A stretch of 64,000 nucleotides of DNA from Eledone cirrhosa (GCA_964016885.1 OZ024742.1:114452001-114516000), one strand, 5' to 3'; positions 37,101 through 53,391 are shown, counted from the stretch's first letter. Numbers and translations are program-made. Notes: generated by a model not told the origin, from the sequence alone.

Positions 37101-38658
37101 GAAGGAATACGAAAGTCTCACAGGAGCGAAGCTGAACCGGGACAAGTCTATCGGTTTGCAACTCGGATCGTGGAGAGGCAGACCGATGCCTTCCGATGGC
37201 GTCGTCGGACGCTGGACGGAAGGACCGGTAAAGCTGCTCGGGGTCCGGTTTGGTCCGGACCTCCAGGTGGAGAAGAACTGGAACGAAGTGACGGCCAAGG
37301 TGTTTGCACTCACCCAAAAGTGGGCCGAGTGCAAACTATCCTTGAAAGGTCGAGCGGAGGAGGCGAACACTTTTATAGCGTACGCCATTTACTACCGCTT
37401 GACCGTCGTGCCTTGTCCAGCCAAAACGCTCGCCAAAATGGAGCGCGCGCTCTTCCGATTCCTTTGGAAGAGGCGAGCTCCTTTGGTGAGAAGATCCATC
37501 TGCTGCCAACACCCTTCTAACGGAGGGCTGGGGATGCCGTGGTTGACGATGCGCAAACACGCGCTCAGGCTGCGGCATCTCTACGTATTCCTGACCGGAC
37601 AACTGGTGTGGGCCCCGTTCGTGAGGCGAGCCTTCCCACGACTCGTCTCGCTGACCGAGCTGCAGTCCTGGGTCAAGCAGAGACCGAGGAAAATGGGCGA
37701 CTGGCACATCGAATGTGCTCAGGCGCTCACAGCCCTCTGGCAGGCGGACCCGGAGATCAGTGGAGACTCCACTTCGTCATTCTATAGAGGGTTGGTCTGC
37801 AGCAAGTGCGACGACGCGCTCGGTGAAACTCTAGGCGTAGAGGAAGATGAACTGGCCAGTCTGTTCGGTAGGACCTTCCGCCCGGGACCGATGGACAACT
37901 TCCAAAAGTCCCTGGCCTGGCAGTGCTACCGAGGAGCTCTACCAGTTCGAGACAAGCTCTACAGACATGGGCGCCCGGGCAGGAACCCTGCAAAAAATAT
38001 CTGTCCGAGGTGCGTGCGAGACGAAGAAACCGTCGCGCACGCATTCATACACTGCCCGGGCGTCACTGACCTGTGGGGCTATGTAGAACGACTATTGTCG
38101 CGGGTGGGACCAATCCAGTTGACCACCGAGTCCATTGTCATGATCAAACCGCCACCCTCCTTCAAAAACGAAGGAGAGGCAGTTTTCCTTTGTGTGATAG
38201 CTATGGCGAAAGAGGTTGTATGGTGGACAAGGTTGAAAGGGCTGAGGTCAGACACCTTTCTCTCCGGCCAACAACTGATTCTTTTTTTCAAATACCACTT
38301 TGGAAGAAGAATCAGGATGGAGAGAGAGGTGCTGTACCCCAGCAAGTTTTATGAAAGGTGGGTGAAAGTGGCGAGAATGGCCAGAGTGAATGGGCCTTCT
38401 CTCTATATCAGCCTGTAGGTTGAGGAAAAGGAGGAGGAGAGGAAAGGAGTACAAGCTCTTCGTACTCCTGGAGATGAGGGTTGCACATTTTTTTTTCGGG
38501 GGTATGTGTTACCCATATAAACTGTCTCCCTCTATTGGGGAAAATCGACTAACTTTTAAATTCCATCTGTGATAACATTTTACACGTTTTTATTGTATGT
38601 AAACTTCCCCCTTTGTATTTGTCCCCTTCTTTTGTGCCCCTGTGGCTAATAAAGAAAT
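34174..38658 (+). mobile_element. Tx1-like (L1 group) LINE copy 1, 5'-truncated in ORF1
   Basis: Thr/Pro-rich ORF1 tail; ORF2 34982-38418 with NVRG, VGDWN, SYLDR, YSDH (APE), FRPITLLN, SKAFDRVDH, IRQGCPLS, YADD, GGLG, CPRC...H...C; one frameshift near 35190 and a stop at 36259; AATAAA then (ATCT)n. Confidence 0.93.
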
Positions 38659-38695
38659 ATATCTATCTATCTTCTATATGTCTATCTATCTATCT

Positions 38696-41600
38696 CTCGT
38701 TCTGTCTAACGTGTGGAATATCGCCGGTAAGTTTGTTGTTAATTTCTATGCAAAAAACCGATCTAATTGTTTGAAAAAAATACAACACTTTGTAGATTAA
38801 CCCCCAAGCTGAATTGTCAGCTGGGTGGAAATCCCATTTTTCGCCCCTGTAGGGGCGAACATTTTATTTAAAAGTTTGTTTTAAAATATCAAATTTTACA
38901 AAGTAAAAAAAACTTGAGCAACACTAGAACGCTGGAGAACGTTAATAGAGAAAAGGGAGAGAAAGAGGCAGATATTAACGTTATATCTGCTTGGACGTTG
39001 CCATAGATACTGTCACAAAAGAAAAAAATATATCAACATTTGAAAATGTTACAATTTCTACCGCCGAAGCGGAGAAAAATGACAATAACACACGGGAAAA
39101 CACGGCAAAAAAACCCATTGACATACATACACATGAAAAAGACATCAACAACTCTACAGATACATCTACACATAAAATGTCCAACAACGATAACATCATT
39201 ATTAACAACAACATCACACAAAAAAAGAAAATGTCTTTCGCTGACACAGTCAACAAGAAACAAGATTTTATAAATCTTGATATCTCCAACGCAAGAGATA
39301 TGCTCCAGCAAGGGAGAAAATTTGTAACTTTCGAAGAAAGAGGTGGGTTTAGAATTAAATCACCCCTTGAAATAAAGGAAGACACAAACCGCCGATCAGT
39401 CACTTTTAGGACTGTGTCAAATTCGTCAAGAAAACCGACATTTGTTAATCAGTCAGATATAGAAGATTCTTTCAAGGAGATTCTAGGAAATGTCGATTTT
39501 CTCCAGCGAGGAAAACAGTACGGAAGTGTTTCCGTACTGTTTAAAAGCAAGGCACTGGCCCCAAAAAACTCTGTGACACCAATAGTGTCAAAAGCATACA
39601 CCTTTTTCCCTACATACATGGGGAAAAGGACACAACAAATAAAAATAAAAAACATACCTCCAAGCATTAACATCTGGTGGATCTTGGCTGGCTTCGTAGA
39701 GCCAGAAACTGACATAATACTTTCGATACGAAAATCCATTCGACAAAGGTGAGCGGGCACCGATTTGGAGATTCTGTTACAAATGAAACCGGAGAGAATC
39801 TCCAAAATACCCGAAAGAGTCGTTATTGATAATAACAACAAAATAAACATTTCGGTAGAAGGAAGAAAATTTCACTGCTTTCGCTGTGGTAGTACATCTC
39901 ACCTAAAAGCCTCTTGTCCACAAACACACAACAGCAACATCATAAAAAAAACGCTATTACCAACACCAACACCAAAACAACCACCACCACCACCACAAGT
40001 ACAACGACAGACGAAACGAGCAACCACACCAAAACAAACAGACACTCAACCAACAACAACAGAAAAAACAGAGACAACACCCCTGAAGAACACATCCCCA
40101 CTCCATCCCACTCCATCAAACACTACCACAAACACACATACCGAAACACCACCACCACCACACAACATACCCTTACCCCACACACCTGACGATGATTATT
40201 CATCGACGGATGAAGCTGCTTCTCCTTCTTTAAGTGAAGAAGAGGGAGAACCGCGGAAATCCAAAAAACAAAAAAAGAGACACCACAAAACCCCCAAAAC
40301 TCCAATCACCAACACCAACACACAACCACAGACACAAACAACAACACAAACAACACCACAGTCAAACATCCCCCTATCAGCAAAACCAGCACCAACACCA
40401 CCCCAAACACAAGCACCCACAATAAAAAGAAAACTCCCGGATGAACAACAAACTAAAACAATACAACAAAAACACAAACAACAATACGCATACATCAACA
40501 CAAACAACAAGAGTTTGATGGAGGTCATCTCCCAAAACCCCAAGGTGGAGACGGAGGGCAAAACTTTCGTCAAGGCAGAATCGTCTCCACACCTTAAACT
40601 TATAAGGGTTTCTATGGAAACCTATAAAGACCTGAAAATTAAATTTTCACAGGACGTGGGCAACCCCTGCCACAAACCCATCAACTGCGTCTTGTTGAAA
40701 GGTTTCCCCACCCCACCCAACACCCCATCCAGCACCCAAATGGAGATTGAACAACCCGATCTGCAGGAAACGAAAAAGTAAGTGCACCTTTCGTCCTTTT
40801 TCTCCAACTTTTCTTCACCAACATGGCTGGTTTACGAGTTGGAACCGTGAATGTGCGTGGCCTAGGGATGCCCTGGAAACAGGGCCAACTTTTAAACGAC
40901 CTTAGGTCACACAGTCTGGATGTGATAGCCATCACCGAGTCCAGAATCCATAACAGGCAGCAACTAACCCCCATCTTCGACGACTTTGAGATCTACGCAT
41001 CTCTCTGTCAGCCAGGAGGTGGAGGTGGAGTGGCTGTTATGTTTCGGAAGAACCTGGACGTCGGAGTACAGCAAGTACACTTGGACCCGGAGGGTAGACT
41101 GGTAGTCGTAGACGTGAACAGTATCGGAGGTGGAGCCTTCAGACTGGTGGCCGTTTATGCCCCGACCGGGCAATCGCAATCACGGCCAGACTTCTTTAAG
41201 CGTCTAGAGTCTTTTCTGGGAAAGCCCCGTTCCTTACTTTTAGTGGGGGACTGGAATGGTATCCTAGATACACGATGGGACTATGTGGAAGCATGTCCCA
41301 GTAGAGCGGGTGCAACAGCCTCACAACTTTAATCGGCCAATTCCAAATTGCCGATAGGTATCGACTGGATTTCCCGACTGCACCACAGTGGACGTGGGTA
41401 AACCGAAGTGGGACATCTAGATCGTATTTAGATAGGTTCTTCATTAGAGAAAGGGACAAGGATATGTTAAGCTGTCCACGAATGAACATGGTTCTCTATT
41501 CAGATCACAAGTTAGTCGTCTGCTTAGTCAACCGTGATAGAATACATAGACAGGGTCCCGGATACTGGAAGCTGAACGTGTCGTTGCCGGCACGTAAAGC

Positions 41601-44470
41601 TTATAGTGAACGGATAAGTAAACTAGTCAAGCAACAGTTAACGGGAGCCATCGTCAACAATAGATGGTGGTACTCTCTCAAGAAAGCAATTAGAATAGAA
41701 TCGATATGGTATAGCAGAGAGTTAGCCTTAGAGAAAAACAGAATAGAAAGAGAACTAGTAGCCAAGGTAGAGGAGGCACTTAGAAGTGGCAACGCGGCTA
41801 GAGTGTTAGCGTCGAGAACGGCACTGGACCAGTTCTTCGATGCGAAACACGAAGGCTGCGTGGTCAGAAGCAAAACACGTGCTCTAGGAAACGAAGGAGC
41901 GAAACCTGTCAGCTGGGCCCGAGTGGCGGAGGCAAAAAGTGGCAACAAGTCCACGATTCGGTCTTTGAAAGACCAAAACGGACGCGTGCTACTTGACCCC
42001 AAGCAAATATGCGCGGCCTTTCAGCGGCACTTTTCGCGACTGTTTGAGCAGAACGACGGTGAGCCGAACGGGGCAATGGACTTTAGTTCATACCACGACG
42101 GCCTGCCGCGTCTCTCGAACACGGACGCCGAGTTCTGCGAAAGACCGATCACGGACACTGAGATACGGGACGCTCTCGTCCGCTGCGAGAAACGCAAGTC
42201 ACCCGGTCTAGATGGTCTACCCTACGAATTTTACATAGGCATGCCGGACTTGTTCTCTGGCGTCCTCGAAGCCGTCTACTGCAATTGGCAGCAGAACGGG
42301 AGAATTCCCAGTTCTGCAGACAAGGGCGTAGTAACGCTGATCAGGAAAGACGAGAACAAGGGGGACGAAATTAACAACTTCAGGCCCATAACTCTGCTCA
42401 ACACAGAGTTAAAGATTTTGACCAAGGTGCTAGCGACGAGATTGGCGCTTGTCGTCGAGAACCTGGTAGGGAAAGCGCAAACGTGTGCAATCCCGACCAG
42501 GTCCATACACGACAACCTCCACCTCATGCTATACATCATAGAGAGGGTGGGTAGTAAACCCGGCTTCGGTGGGGCTCTGATCAACTTGGATCTGTCTAAG
42601 GCATTCGATAGGGTCGACCATCGATACTTGGAAGCGGTTCTCAAGGCGGCCGGTTTCGAGGGTCAAGGTGAACGGGGGTCAAGGTGAACGGCTACCTATC
42701 GGAGCCGTTCGCAATCACGCGTTCCATTCGACAAGGATGCCCTCTCTCCTCCATTATGTATGTATTGACTCTAGAGCCACTACTGCGGAAATTGGAGCTG
42801 TTGCAGGGCATCCCCCTAGAACCGGGACTGCGCAAAGCGGCGTCGGCTTATGCCGACGACGTGACAGTAATGGTGTCGAGCACGTCGGAAATCGGGGTGA
42901 TCGGCAACATACTGAAAGAATACGAAACGCTGATGGGAGCAAAACTAAACCCAGACAAGTCTGTCGGTTTGCAACTCGGTACGTGGAGAGGCAAACCGAT
43001 GACATCCGACAGCGTCGTTGGACGCTGGACGGACGGACCGGAGAAATTGCTCGGGGTCTGGTTCGGTCCAGACCTCCAGGTGGAGAAAAACTGGAACGAG
43101 GTCACGGCCAAGGTGTTTGCACTCACTCAGAAGTGGGCAGAGTGCAAACTGTCCTTGAAAGGTCGAGCGGAGGTGGCGAACACTTTCATAGCGTCGGTCA
43201 TCTACTACCGCTTGACTGTCGTGCCTTGTCCCCGTGAACACCTCGCCAAGATGGAACGCATACTCTTCCAGTTTCTGTGGAAGAAGCAGGCCCCGCTGGT
43301 GAGGAGATTCGTCTGCTGTCAGCACCCTTCCAACGGAGGGCTGGGAATGCCGTGGCTGATGATGCGCAAACATGCGCTGAGGCTGCGGCATCTCCAGGTA
43401 TTCCTCACCAACCCCTAACCGGTGTGGGCACCGTTTGTGAGACAGGCTTTCCCACAGCTCGTCTCGCTAACGGAGCTGCAGTCCTGGGTGAAGACAAGAC
43501 CGAAAACGATGGGCGCCTGGCACATTGAATGCGCTCAGGCGCTCACAGTCCTCTGGCAAGCGGGCGCAGCAATCAGTGGAGACTCCACTTCGACATTCTA
43601 TAGAGGGATTGTACGTTACAAGGGCGACGACGTGCTCGGAGAGACTCAGGGCGTCGAAGACGATAAGCTCACCAGTATGTTTGGTAGGACTTTCCGCCCG
43701 GGACCTATGGACAACTTCCAGAGGTCCCTGGCCTGGCAGTGCTACCGAGGAGCTCTACCGGTCCGTGACAAGATCTACAGGCACGGAGGCCCTGGCAGGG
43801 ATCCTTCCAAGAGGACGTGTCCAAGATGTGCGCAGGACATTGAAACAGTTCTGCACGCAATTGTACACTGCCCGGGCGTAAGCGACCTGTGGAACTATGC
43901 AGAACAACTGCTGTCGCGTATGGGACAAATACAGTTGACTGCCGAGTCCATAGTAAGGATCAAACCGCCAGACTCTTTCAAAAACGAAAGAGAGGCGGTT
44001 TTCCTCTGTACGGTGGCTATGGTGAAAGAAGTTATATGGTGGACGAGGTTGAGAGGACTGAGGACAGATGCCTTTCTCTCCGGACAACAATTGATTCCCT
44101 TCTTTAAGTATCACTTTAGAAGGAGAATCAGGGTGGAGAGAGAGGCACTGCACCCCAGTAAATTTACTGAAAGGTGGGTGAATGAAGCGAAAATGGCCCG
44201 AGTGATTGGGCCTTCTCTGTTTATAAGCTTGTAGGTTGAGGAAGAGAGCAAAAGGAAGAAAGGAGCACTTGCACAACACGCTCCTCGAGTTGAGGGTTGT
44301 TCTATCGACGGGGTATTAAACAACTCATTTGTGGCGCCTCCCCCCAATTGGGGATTTCGATTGTTGAAATTGTTTGTTTTTTATATTTTTTACACGACTG
44401 TATGTAAAATCCCCGGCATGTCTTTGTATTGTCCCCTTTCTTGTTGCGCCCTTGTGGCTAATGAAGAAAT
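38696..44470 (+). mobile_element. Tx1-like LINE copy 2, apparently full length (5' UTR, ORF1, ORF2), degenerate
   Basis: ORF1 38991-40781; ORF2 40823-44234 in four pieces, homologous to copy 1; (ATCT)n at both ends. Confidence 0.93.
38991..40781 (+). pseudogene. Tx1-like ORF1 (gag-like CCHC knuckle, low-complexity tail) with one in-frame stop
   Basis: 38991..39752 and 39765..40781 are in the same frame, separated by TGA at 39750; SFADTV motif and CFRCGSTSHLKASC. Confidence 0.85.
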
Positions 44471-44619
44471 CTATCTATCTATCTCCACACAAATATGATT
44501 GCAGCTGTATCTTTACGTAAAGTTGAGTTGTTGATGAAATTATTTTGTGAACAACAATATATACTAAGATTATTTCCGAAAATCACTGTCTAGGTGCATT
44601 GAGTTAAACACTTCATGGA

Positions 44620-44752
<133 letters not shown>

Positions 44753-44907
44753 CACATATATATATATATATATACAATACTTACATGTAAATAAAAATAA
44801 TTAATTCTGAATAAATAATTACTGTTGTAATTATTTATACTAAACTCGTCCTATGGACTGATTGCTCTTACTCTTGGATATTTCCACTTAACGTCTACTT
44901 TAATATA

Positions 44908-44944
<37 letters not shown>

Positions 44945-44965
44945 CCACAATGCTTCAAGCAAATA

Positions 44966-45030
<65 letters not shown>

Positions 45031-45199
45031 TTTAGGGATGTGTACCACGGCATCATTTTTTAATCTCCTCAATCCTTTTCTTCCTTCTAACTCTCCCCTC
45101 ACCTAACCCACATACTGAAACATTTCTTCTCGCAAAACCCCCAACAAAATGAAGTAAGATGACCACAATATATGAATGAGAGTTGATATGAATGTTCTC

Positions 45200-46870
45200 T
45201 AAATTATAGCATATCATTCTCTAATACCATAACAGAAGTCCGACGAGCTTTTGATTCCAGAGTCGGGATTATCGATAGTGATTGACTCTGGAGTTGAACA
45301 ATCACGAAACGCGCGATGTATTCTTCTCAGCTGGGGCGGATATATCTATAAGGCTACATGTCCGATCTGTTTTGTTTTTTATGATGCTATCTGGTCTGTT
45401 GGCAGAGATTTCTCGGTCGGTTATCTAAGCATATCCAACAAGATGCACACGTTGCCATTGCCCATAACTTTTCTTGATTGATGTTCATACCATGTGTTAG
45501 ATGTTTGGACGTAATGAGAGAGGCCGAGCATATAGTGCATATTTACGGCGATGCGGTTCTGTCTTTCGATATAGTCAGTTTTCGACAGCTCGGGACACGC
45601 GGAGATAACATGACCTACCATTTTTTCATGTTTGTAGCATATTCTGCATAGAGAGCTCGTCCTATCTTTTACTCTGCTCTGCTTGTAGGCTCGGGTATTT
45701 AGAGATTGGTCTTGTGCAGCGAGTAAGAATCTCTCAATCTCTGATTTCAAACCAGCACTTCTGAGCCAGGATAGTGAGCCATGCTGATCGATATAATATT
45801 TCAGTAAATCGTTCTGGGAATCTACTATGTACTTGCTTTGCCTTCCGTTCACGGTCTACTGTTTAGACTATCTTTGCTTTGATCTTCACATCCATAGCTA
45901 TCTGTGCAGCAATCTGTTCTTGATTTTCTATGGGTATGTCTTCTTCCCTGTTCAAATTTTACATAATAGTCTTGCCTCTTATGTTATTGATTGTAATTTC
46001 TTAATTTGTTCGTGCTAGAGTACAGCCATAAGGAGTTCATCTTGGGTGTGGTGGAGGTAGCTATCCAACCCAATAGTTTCTGTTTTGTATGCAGCTTCCA
46101 GTTGTCGCATCCCCCTTCCAACTTCTCTCCTTGAGATATATACATCGGCTTTAGGGTGATGAATATTTTTTCCGTTGTCATAGTTACTTGTCTTTAGTGT
46201 GCACACTTTGTAGTTCTTGGAGGTTCCAGTTTATGATGTTAAAGTTGTATGTTACAATTGGTACTGCTTGTCTGTTAATGGCTTTGAACTTGTTGCAGGA
46301 GTTTAGCACACTATTTGTTACCAATCGCACTCTCTTTATGTACTCCTTCCGTATCATTTCCTTCATACGTGCAGGCTGGATTCCATCTCATTCATTATCT
46401 CCAAGATATTTGTACAATTCTTCACTGTTAAGTTCCTTTATGGTAGTATGTTGGTCTATGACAATATAGTTATAGTTATAGATCAACCCTCTCTTGAATG
46501 TGGTTTTGCGGTTTTGCACGCTTATCTAGTCCAAATTCCATATGGATGTCATCACAGAATTGTTTCACTGAATGCAATCAACCTTCCAGCTCCCTATCAT
46601 TGTTTCCAAATAGCTTGATAGCAACAATATAAAGAAAGTGAGTGTAGTGTATGTTGTCTGTTTTATATCCATAGCCTGCCTTCCAGGGAACAAATGACAT
46701 AGAGAACAACACACGGATAATGAATCGGCTTGGAATATTCCGCGTTTAATCTTGATCCTTCCAGATTCCAGTTGTGTCGTTGGAGGACCATCGTAGTTTC
46801 CCAGTCTGTCATCATTGCCTTCAGGATAGTTGTTATCTCCGGTACTATGTGGTTTCTAATGTCGTTATGA
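45200..46870 (-). mobile_element. Old R4/Dong-like RLE LINE fragment
   Basis: GIFQADSLS, KEMIRKEYIKRVR, HHPKAD, LKSEIERFLLAAQDQSL, CRIC...HVISAC; many stops. Confidence 0.85.
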
Positions 46871-47692
46871 TATTTGTGAGATTTCCAGTGTACTTATGAT
46901 CCAAATTGTGGAGGACAGATCCAAGGAGGCACAGAAAATAACAAATTTGTTACTGGGCATATTACTGGTGCGTCGAAAGAGATTTGCCAGTAAACAAATA
47001 AAAATCCATCCGGCAATTGATCTAATGCATAGTTAATTGAAGAAAAACGTCACAGGTGCGTAAGTATTTATTGGTCCCATGACCCTTCCAAAAATAACAA
47101 TATCTGTTTCATTATTTGTGGCGAGGCTTTGGTTGTGTGTGTGTGTGTGGAAAGGAAGTAATTGTTAGATGCGCGAGGCTTCAGTCTATGTGTGTGTGTG
47201 TGTGTGTGTGGACAAGTGGGTATCCCTGAGTCTTATCAAGTGTTAACACTAGTATAAATGTGTATGGCTGTGTGGCTTTTAATTTTGTGTGTGTGTGGAG
47301 GGGGCTTTTTCGTTAAACACCATGTAGGTGAATGCGTACGATTGTGGGAATGTGCGTTGAACAAGTATCTAACTGAGAATGTCTTCACACGGATGTGTAT
47401 TGGTGATTGTTTTATGTAGGTGAGTGTGTACGTATATGTGCGTATATATATATGTGTGAGTGGCTGTGTATGGGATGTTTCTATTGTTTTTACGTACGTG
47501 AGTGTGTAATGTAGCATGTGTATGTATTTCCACGTTTGTGTCGGAAGATTCTCCTTATGGTGTATCACATGCGTGTTGTTGTTGTGTTTGGTTAGTAGCG
47601 GACATATATTATGTGTGTATGTGTGTGTGTGTGTGGGGGGGGGGGGGGGCTATATGTATATTTCTGGTTGGCTGCATATTTATACGTAAACT

Positions 47693-47811
<119 letters not shown>

Positions 47812-47987
47812 TACATTTTTTTATGTGTTTATACATATATTCATATATTCGTATAAAAATGCACAAGTGGTCGCTCAGGAAGGTGAAAGCTAAAACAATT
47901 TGGCAGCGTTTCTGAAAGAAATTATTTTCAATTGAAATCAACCAGAAATTAGAAATAAAGAGAAAATCTAATTTTACAATATACATA

Positions 47988-48027
<40 letters not shown>

Positions 48028-48103
48028 CGAAGAAAATGTGGTAAGGAACCAGGTGGACCATAACGCACCAGTGTACTCAATACTTAGGGTAGTAGAGTGG
48101 GTA

Positions 48104-48214
48104 ATAGGAACGAGTAAGCCCCCGACGGCTGAGCTTAAGCCGCTTCGACGGCTAATTCTGGACAGAGTTAGCAGTCGAAACGGCTTGAGCTGAGCCGTCG
48201 GGGTCCTACTCGTT

Positions 48215-48219
<5 letters not shown>
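48104..48219. mobile_element. Short foldback of the 7249-family terminus containing the 3' half of a hammerhead
   Basis: Inverted arms of about 55 bp; GAAA CGGCT tgagctg AGCCG TC GGGG in the right arm. Confidence 0.7.
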
Positions 48220-48279
<60 letters not shown>

Positions 48280-48316
48280 GTATATATATATGTATATATA
48301 TATATATGTATATATA

Positions 48317-48670
48317 TTGTTATACTTGGGGAGGGTATATTTGTGTAATAATATTGCAAGAATTAATAAAAGAACACACTCACTGTTTGGTTCGTTTTCG
48401 CTTCTGTGTCTTTTATATCGATTAATTTAATTTATTCGGTCCTCAATGTTACCATTGACTAACCAACTGTCAAAACTAGAGATATAATATCGACACAAAC
48501 ACATATATATTGTCTAACAAAATTTCTTTTGTTGCACGTCTGCAGCATCGTCAGTGGTGCTATTATCTTTCCTCATGTTGTATTGTATGCCTACGCCATC
48601 TTTATTTAGTTTGTTTATTTATTTTTTGTCTTCTCTGTGCATGTGTTTGTGTGTGTGTATAGTGTTTATA
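48317..48670 (-). mobile_element. PLE subfamily A' pLTR fragment
   Basis: Aligns with 31667-32020; minus strand CTGACGA T GCTGCA gacg TGCAAC AAAA (hammerhead-like, GAAA box lost). Confidence 0.75.
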
Positions 48671-48677
48671 GTGTATG

Positions 48678-48708
<31 letters not shown>

Positions 48709-48738
48709 GTATAAATATATATATATGTATATATATAT

Positions 48739-50664
<1,926 letters not shown>

Positions 50665-50676
50665 GTATATATATAT

Positions 50677-51312
50677 GAATGAAAATAGACCGAGACACGG
50701 GACTGTCCATCATCAGTGATCTGTTGACTATCATTGGTATTTGACGCATTAAAGACCAAATACGTCAAAATTCGAGCACTAGCTAAAATAAGTGATTGGG
50801 ACAGAGCGAATTGGATGGGGAAATAAACAAACAACACGGTAGTAATGCAACGTAAAGCGAGGAAAAGCGAGACAAGTCAATGATACTTGTGGACTTTAAG
50901 TTCGAAAAAATCAATCAACGAGAAGTGGCAGACACGTCCGAACCACGCGAAAAGTGAGAGAGAAAATGATTTCACAACGGGTCAGACGGGAGGAAGTGAG
51001 AGAGGTGGAGTAGCAGAGAGTGAGTGAGTGAAAGTGTGAGGAAGAGGTCAGCCGAGAGAGTATGTGACCAGCAGAGCGGGTGAATGTAACGAAGAGGTAC
51101 AAGGGGAAAGAAGGGGGAGAGAGAAAGAGGATAGCAGTAAGGTGATAGAAAAAAGACAAACCACAGCGAGGAGAATAATTATATATGAATGATAAAAAAA
51201 ATGTGCTGCGTTGTTGCGTGTGTGATACATATGAATGAAAATCGACCCGGAAAGGGTCAGTCCATCATCGGTGATCTGCTGACTATCATTGGTATTTCTT
51301 CGCATCATAGAC
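50677..51312. repeat. (TA)n-flanked element with terminal direct repeats of about 75 bp (period about 555 bp)
   Basis: gaatgaaaat...gtccatcatc(a/g)gtgatctg(t/c)tgactatcattggtattt near 50677 and 51232. Confidence 0.8.
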
Positions 51313-51357
<45 letters not shown>

Positions 51358-51566
51358 CTCCTTCATTACCCGGGAGTTACAATCCCTAGATATAATGATA
51401 TATATATGTTTATGTATATATATATATGTTTATAGATATGTGTGTATATATTTGTGTGCATATATGTGTATATATATATATGTGTGTATATATGTATGTA
51501 TATATGTATGTATGTTTATGTGTATATATTTATATATATATATATATTTATATATGTATATTTATA

Positions 51567-51650
<84 letters not shown>

Positions 51651-51651
<1 letters not shown>

Positions 51652-52508
51652 TATTTATGTAAGCGGACGCTACTTGATTTAGGAGCCGCAGAAACCCATA
51701 TACTGTATTCTACCAACCTTCCAGGGGTCTGGGTAAATTTTCAATACGCGAATTACTTGATCGTTTTTTTTTTGGCTATGCGAATGAATATTTAACCATC
51801 ATCTCAGTGTGTTTGGCCTTCACCGTTTGTTATAGCTCTGGTTCATTTGAATCACTGAGCACTTGCCGCACATCTCGGAGGTTGTTTTTCGTTATTTCGT
51901 GGGCCGAAATACGAATCTCGATAATTTATCTTTGTATTATTCTCCAGACTCTAGCTATTGACCAGTTAATTTTCTTCATTTTTTAGTTAATTCTATTGAC
52001 TGATGAATAGCTTATGTTAATTTTAACCCTTCTGTTGAGAACTATATTCGATTTGTGATGTTTTTGCATTATTGCCAAAATATACACAACTGAATTCATT
52101 CGCCTGATATAGGGTTTGCCTCCCTTGCCGATCTCCACGTGGGGTCAGCAATAGTGAGTCCTTTTATTAACATTGAACTAAAACCTGTTGAGAATGTGGC
52201 TTCCTTGTTCAATCATCTTACCAGAAGCCTGACATTATTTATGTAAGCGGACGGTACTTGATTTAGGAGCCGCAGAAACCCATATACTGGATTTTACCAA
52301 CCTTCCAGGGGTTCGGGTAAATTTTCAATACCCGAATTACTTGATCGTTTTTTTTTGGCCATGCGAATGATTGTTTAACCATCATCTCAGTGTGTTTGGC
52401 CTTCAACGTTTGTTATAGCTCTGGTTCATCTGAATCATTTAGCACTTGCCGCACATCTCGGAGGTTGTTTTTCGTTATTTCGTGGGCCGAAATGCGATTC
52501 TCGATAAT
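51651..52508. repeat. About 275-bp direct repeats (51651-51925 and 52234-52508), period about 583 bp
   Basis: Near-identical blocks ttatttatgtaagcggacg...ctcgataat. Confidence 0.9.
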
Positions 52509-52509
52509 G

Positions 52510-53155
52510 TATGTATGTATATATATATATTAAACACACCGAGCATTATAATAAATATTCGGTAAATCCATACGTACATATATATATGTGTGCATGTATG
52601 TATATATATATATATATATATATACATACTACTGTACGCCTGTATATATATATGTATGTACGTGTACTTATATTTAAGTAACATCCGTACTAAGAGTGGG
52701 AAATTAAATTTCGTTTCATTTTTTCCATTTATCGTTTTCGGTGCACCCGGCCGATTAACCCACTCGATATGCAAATTGGGCTACTCAGCCGTTAATATGC
52801 ATAAGGTAAATATATACATTTCAACAATCTGGCAGGAAGGTATACGTTGCTGAGGATAACTAATAAGCTTGAAACTAGTACAGCGTTCCTTTGTCAGTGT
52901 TGAACAAACGAGCAACAATAGTTGCTGGACACTACGGCTTAATACGTGATGTTTGTTTACAAACAAACCGAGCATTATAATAAATGTTCGGTGAATCCAT
53001 ACGTACATATATATATATGTGTGCATGTATGTATATATATATATACATACTACTGTACGTCTGTATACATATATGTATGTACGTGTACATACTTATATTT
53101 AAGTAACAGCCGTACTAAGATTGGGAAATGAAATTTCGTTTAATTTTTTCCGTTT
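52510..53155 (+). mobile_element. Retrozyme-like element, unit about 430 nt in about 1.45 tandem copies
   Basis: 52531-52730 repeats at 52960-53155; central HHR; second locus at 60905-61502. Confidence 0.85.
52845..52885 (+). ncRNA. Minimal type I hammerhead ribozyme
   Basis: CGTTG CTGAGGA T AACT aata AGCT T GAAA CTAG TA CAGCG. Confidence 0.8.
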
Positions 53156-53230
53156 ATATATATATATACACACGCATACACACACACACCTATACATATA
53201 CACATATATATATACACATATACATACATA

Positions 53231-53347
<117 letters not shown>

Positions 53348-53359
53348 GTATATATATAT

Positions 53360-53391
<32 letters not shown>

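Noticed and set aside
39750-39752. In-frame TGA in Tx1 ORF1 as readthrough or Sec
   Set aside because: Most simply a nonsense mutation (for example TGG to TGA) in a copy with other disabling lesions.
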